Of a DNA stretch of 64,000 nucleotides, positions 60,825 through 64,000 are shown in pieces; the first letter of the stretch is position 1; every line of letters starts with the position of its first letter. The notes under the pieces are model-generated. The model saw only the letters and a list, made by a program, of their open reading frames with translations. It ran no database searches and was not told where the DNA came from. Made by a program: the position numbers and the translations under genes. Source of the DNA: the human T2T-CHM13v2.0 reference genome, Homo sapiens; the NCBI RefSeq assembly GCF_009914755.1, contig NC_060925.1; one strand, 5' to 3'.

Positions 60825-62731
60825 TGATCAGGGAAGAGAAGGCAAAAAAGCGTATTCAAATAGGAAGAAAAGGAAGTCAAACTGTCTGTTTGCAATGACA
60901 TGATTGTATATTTACAAAACCCCATCATCTCAGCCCAAAAACTCCTTAAGCTGATAAGCAACTTCAGCAAAGTCTCAGATACAAAATCAATGTGCAAAAA
61001 TCACAAGCATTCCTATACACCAATAACAAACAGAGAGCCAAATCATGAGTGAACTCCCATTCACAATTGCTGCAAAGAAAATAAAATACCCAGGAATACA
61101 ACTTATGAGGGATATGAAGGACCTCTTCAAGGAGAACTACAAACCGTTGCTCAAGGAAATAAGAGAGGACACAAACAGATGGAAAAAAATTCCATGCTTG
61201 TGGACAGGAAGAATCAATATCATGAAAACGGCTATACTGCCCAAAGTAATTTATAGATTCAATGCTGTCCCCATCAAGCTACCATTGACTTTCTTCACAG
61301 AACTAGAAAAAACTACTTTAAATTTCATATGGAACCAAAAAAGAGCCCATATAGCCAAGACAATCCTAAGCCAAAAGAACAAAGCTGGAGGCATCATGCT
61401 ACCTGACGCTACAGTAACCAAAACAGCATGATACTGGTACCAAAACAGATATAGAGACCAATGGAACAGAACAGAGGCCTCAGAAATAACACCACACAGC
61501 TACAACCATCTGATCTTCTACAAACCCAACAAAAACAAGCAATGGGGAAAGGATGCCCTGTTTAATAAATGGTGCTGGGAAAATTGGCTAGCCATATGCA
61601 GAAAACAGAAACTGGACCCCTTCCTTACACCATATACAAAAATTAACTCAAGATGGATTAAAGACTTAAATGTAAAACCTAAAATCATAAAAACTCTAGA
61701 AGAAAACCTAGACAATACCATTCAGGACATTGGGATACACAAAGACTTCATGACTAAAACACCAAAAACAATTGCAATAAAAGTGAAAATTGACAAATGG
61801 GATCTAATTGAACTAAAGAGCTTCTGCTCAGCAAAAGAAACTATCATCAGAGTGAACAGGCAACCTACAGAATGGGAGGAAATTTTTGCAATCTATCCAT
61901 CTGACAAAGGGCTAATATCCAGAATATACAAAGAACTTAAACAAATTTACAAGAAAAAAACAACATGAAAAAGTGGGCAAAGGATATGAACAGGCACTTC
62001 TCAAAAGAAGACATTTATGTGGCCAACAAACATGGGGAAAAAAGCTTGTCAACACTGGTTATTAGAGAAATGCAAATCAAAACCATAATGAGATACCATC
62101 TCACGCCAGTTAGAATGGTGAACATTAAAAAGTCTGGAAACAACAGATGCTGGCAAGGATATGGAAAAATAGGAACACTTTTACACTGTTGGTGGGAGTG
62201 TAAATTAGTTCAACCATTGTGGAAGACAGTGTGGTGATTCCTCAAGGATCTATAACCAGAAGTACCATTTGACTCAGCAATTCCATTACTAGGTATATGC
62301 CCAAAGGATTATAAATCATTCTAGTATAAAGACATGTGCACATGTATGTTTATTGCAGCACTATTTACAATAGCAAAGACTTGGAACCAACCCAAATGCC
62401 CATCAATGATAAACTGGATAAAGAAAATGTGGCACATATACACCATGGAACACTATGCAGCCATAAAAAAGAATGAGTTCATGTCCTTTGCAGGGACATG
62501 GATGAAGCTGGAAACCATCATCCTCAGCAAACTAACACAGAAACAGAAAACCAAACACCTCATGTTCTCACTCATAAGTGGGAGTTGAGCAATGAGAGCA
62601 TGTTGACACAGGAAAGGGAACATCACACACCAGAGCCTGTCGGGGTTTGGGGGGAAAGGGGAGGGACAGCATTATGACAAATACCTAATGCATGCAGGGC
62701 TTAAAATCTAGATGACGGGTTGATAGATGCA
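60825..62731 (+). mobile_element. L1PA8-like ORF2/3'UTR fragment lacking the extreme 3' end
   Basis: ORFs 61045-62588; 3'UTR aatgcatgcagggcttaaaatctagatgacggg; stops before the poly(A). Confidence 0.86.
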
Positions 62732-62779
62732 ATTTTATTTATATATTATTATACACACAATAATTACATGTGATTTTTT

Positions 62780-63104
<325 letters not shown>

Positions 63105-63308
63105 TAAATAATATATCATGGCCATATTTTCATGCCAATAAATATTGATCAACATTATAACTTTTAATGGCTGCATATTGTGCTGTTATATGAATATAAA
63201 ATAATTTTTTCACTAATCACATATTCACAGGTAGTTTCCAGATTTTTGCTTTTAACGACAGAGTTATGATGATTATCTGTATAACCAAATACATACTTGG
63301 AGTAATTC

Positions 63309-64000
63309 TTTTTTTTTTTTTACTCTTTTTTTCTCTAACCTTGTCTTCATGCTTTATTTCATTAATTTGATCTTTAATCACAGATACACTTTCTTCCACT
63401 TGATCAAATCAGCTATTGAAGCTTGTGCAGGCATCACGTAGTTCTCATGCCATGGTTTTCAGCTCCATCAGGTCATTTAAGGTCTTCTCTACACTGTTTA
63501 TTCTAGTTAGCCATTGATCTAACCTTTTTTCAAGGTTTTTAGCTTCCTTGCAGTGGGTTTGAACATGCTCCTTTAGCTCAGAGAAGTTTATTATTACTGA
63601 CTTTCTGAAGCCTACTTCTGTCACCTTGTCAAAGTCATTCTCCATCCCGCTTTGTTCCATTGCTGGCGAGGAGCTGCTATCCTTTGGAGGAGAAGAGGAG
63701 CTCTGGTTTTTAGAATTTTCAGCTTTTCTGCTCTGGTTTCTCTCCATCTTTGTGGTTTTATCTACCTTTGGTCTTTGATGTTGGTGACCTACAGATGGGG
63801 TTTTGGTGTAGATGTCCTTTTTTTTGATGTTGATGCTCTTCCTTTCTGTTTGTTAGTTTTCATTCTAACAGTCAAGTCCCTCAGCTGCAGGTCTGTTGGA
63901 GTTTGCTGGAGGTCTACTCTAGACCCTGTTGGCCTGAGTGTCACTAGTGGAGGCTGCAGAACAGCAAATATTGCTGCCTGATCCTTCCTCTGGAAGCTTC
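63309..64000 (-). mobile_element. L1PA5/6-like 5'UTR and ORF1 N-terminus, 3'-truncated; runs off the window
   Basis: ORF 63445-63747 MERNQSRKAENSKNQ...; ends in a 13-A tract. Confidence 0.88.

Overview
Human non-coding DNA, AT-rich outside the ERVs and dominated by transposable elements; an AluYb8 indicates the species. No intact host gene or RNA gene is recognisable, and most ORF-track entries are repeat-derived. Main elements: (1) a full-length L1PA4-like LINE inserted into an Alu linker and itself carrying an AluYb8; (2) a ~15 kb nest in which an L1-mobilised HERV-W processed pseudogene inside an old L1M contains an opposite-strand LTR12/HERV9 provirus; (3) a MER41B solo LTR, MLT1, MIR, L2, a hAT element and many L1/Alu fragments. 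The non-repetitive islands (about 9.3-12.4, 41.7-42.2, 53.7-55.3 and 58.5-59.4 kb) carry minus-strand exon-like blocks with AG/GT ends, mostly 74-137 bp introns and largely matching phases. These suggest a decayed multi-exon protein-coding gene that I could not identify. Repeat subfamily calls rest on recalled consensus diagnostics, not a RepeatMasker run.
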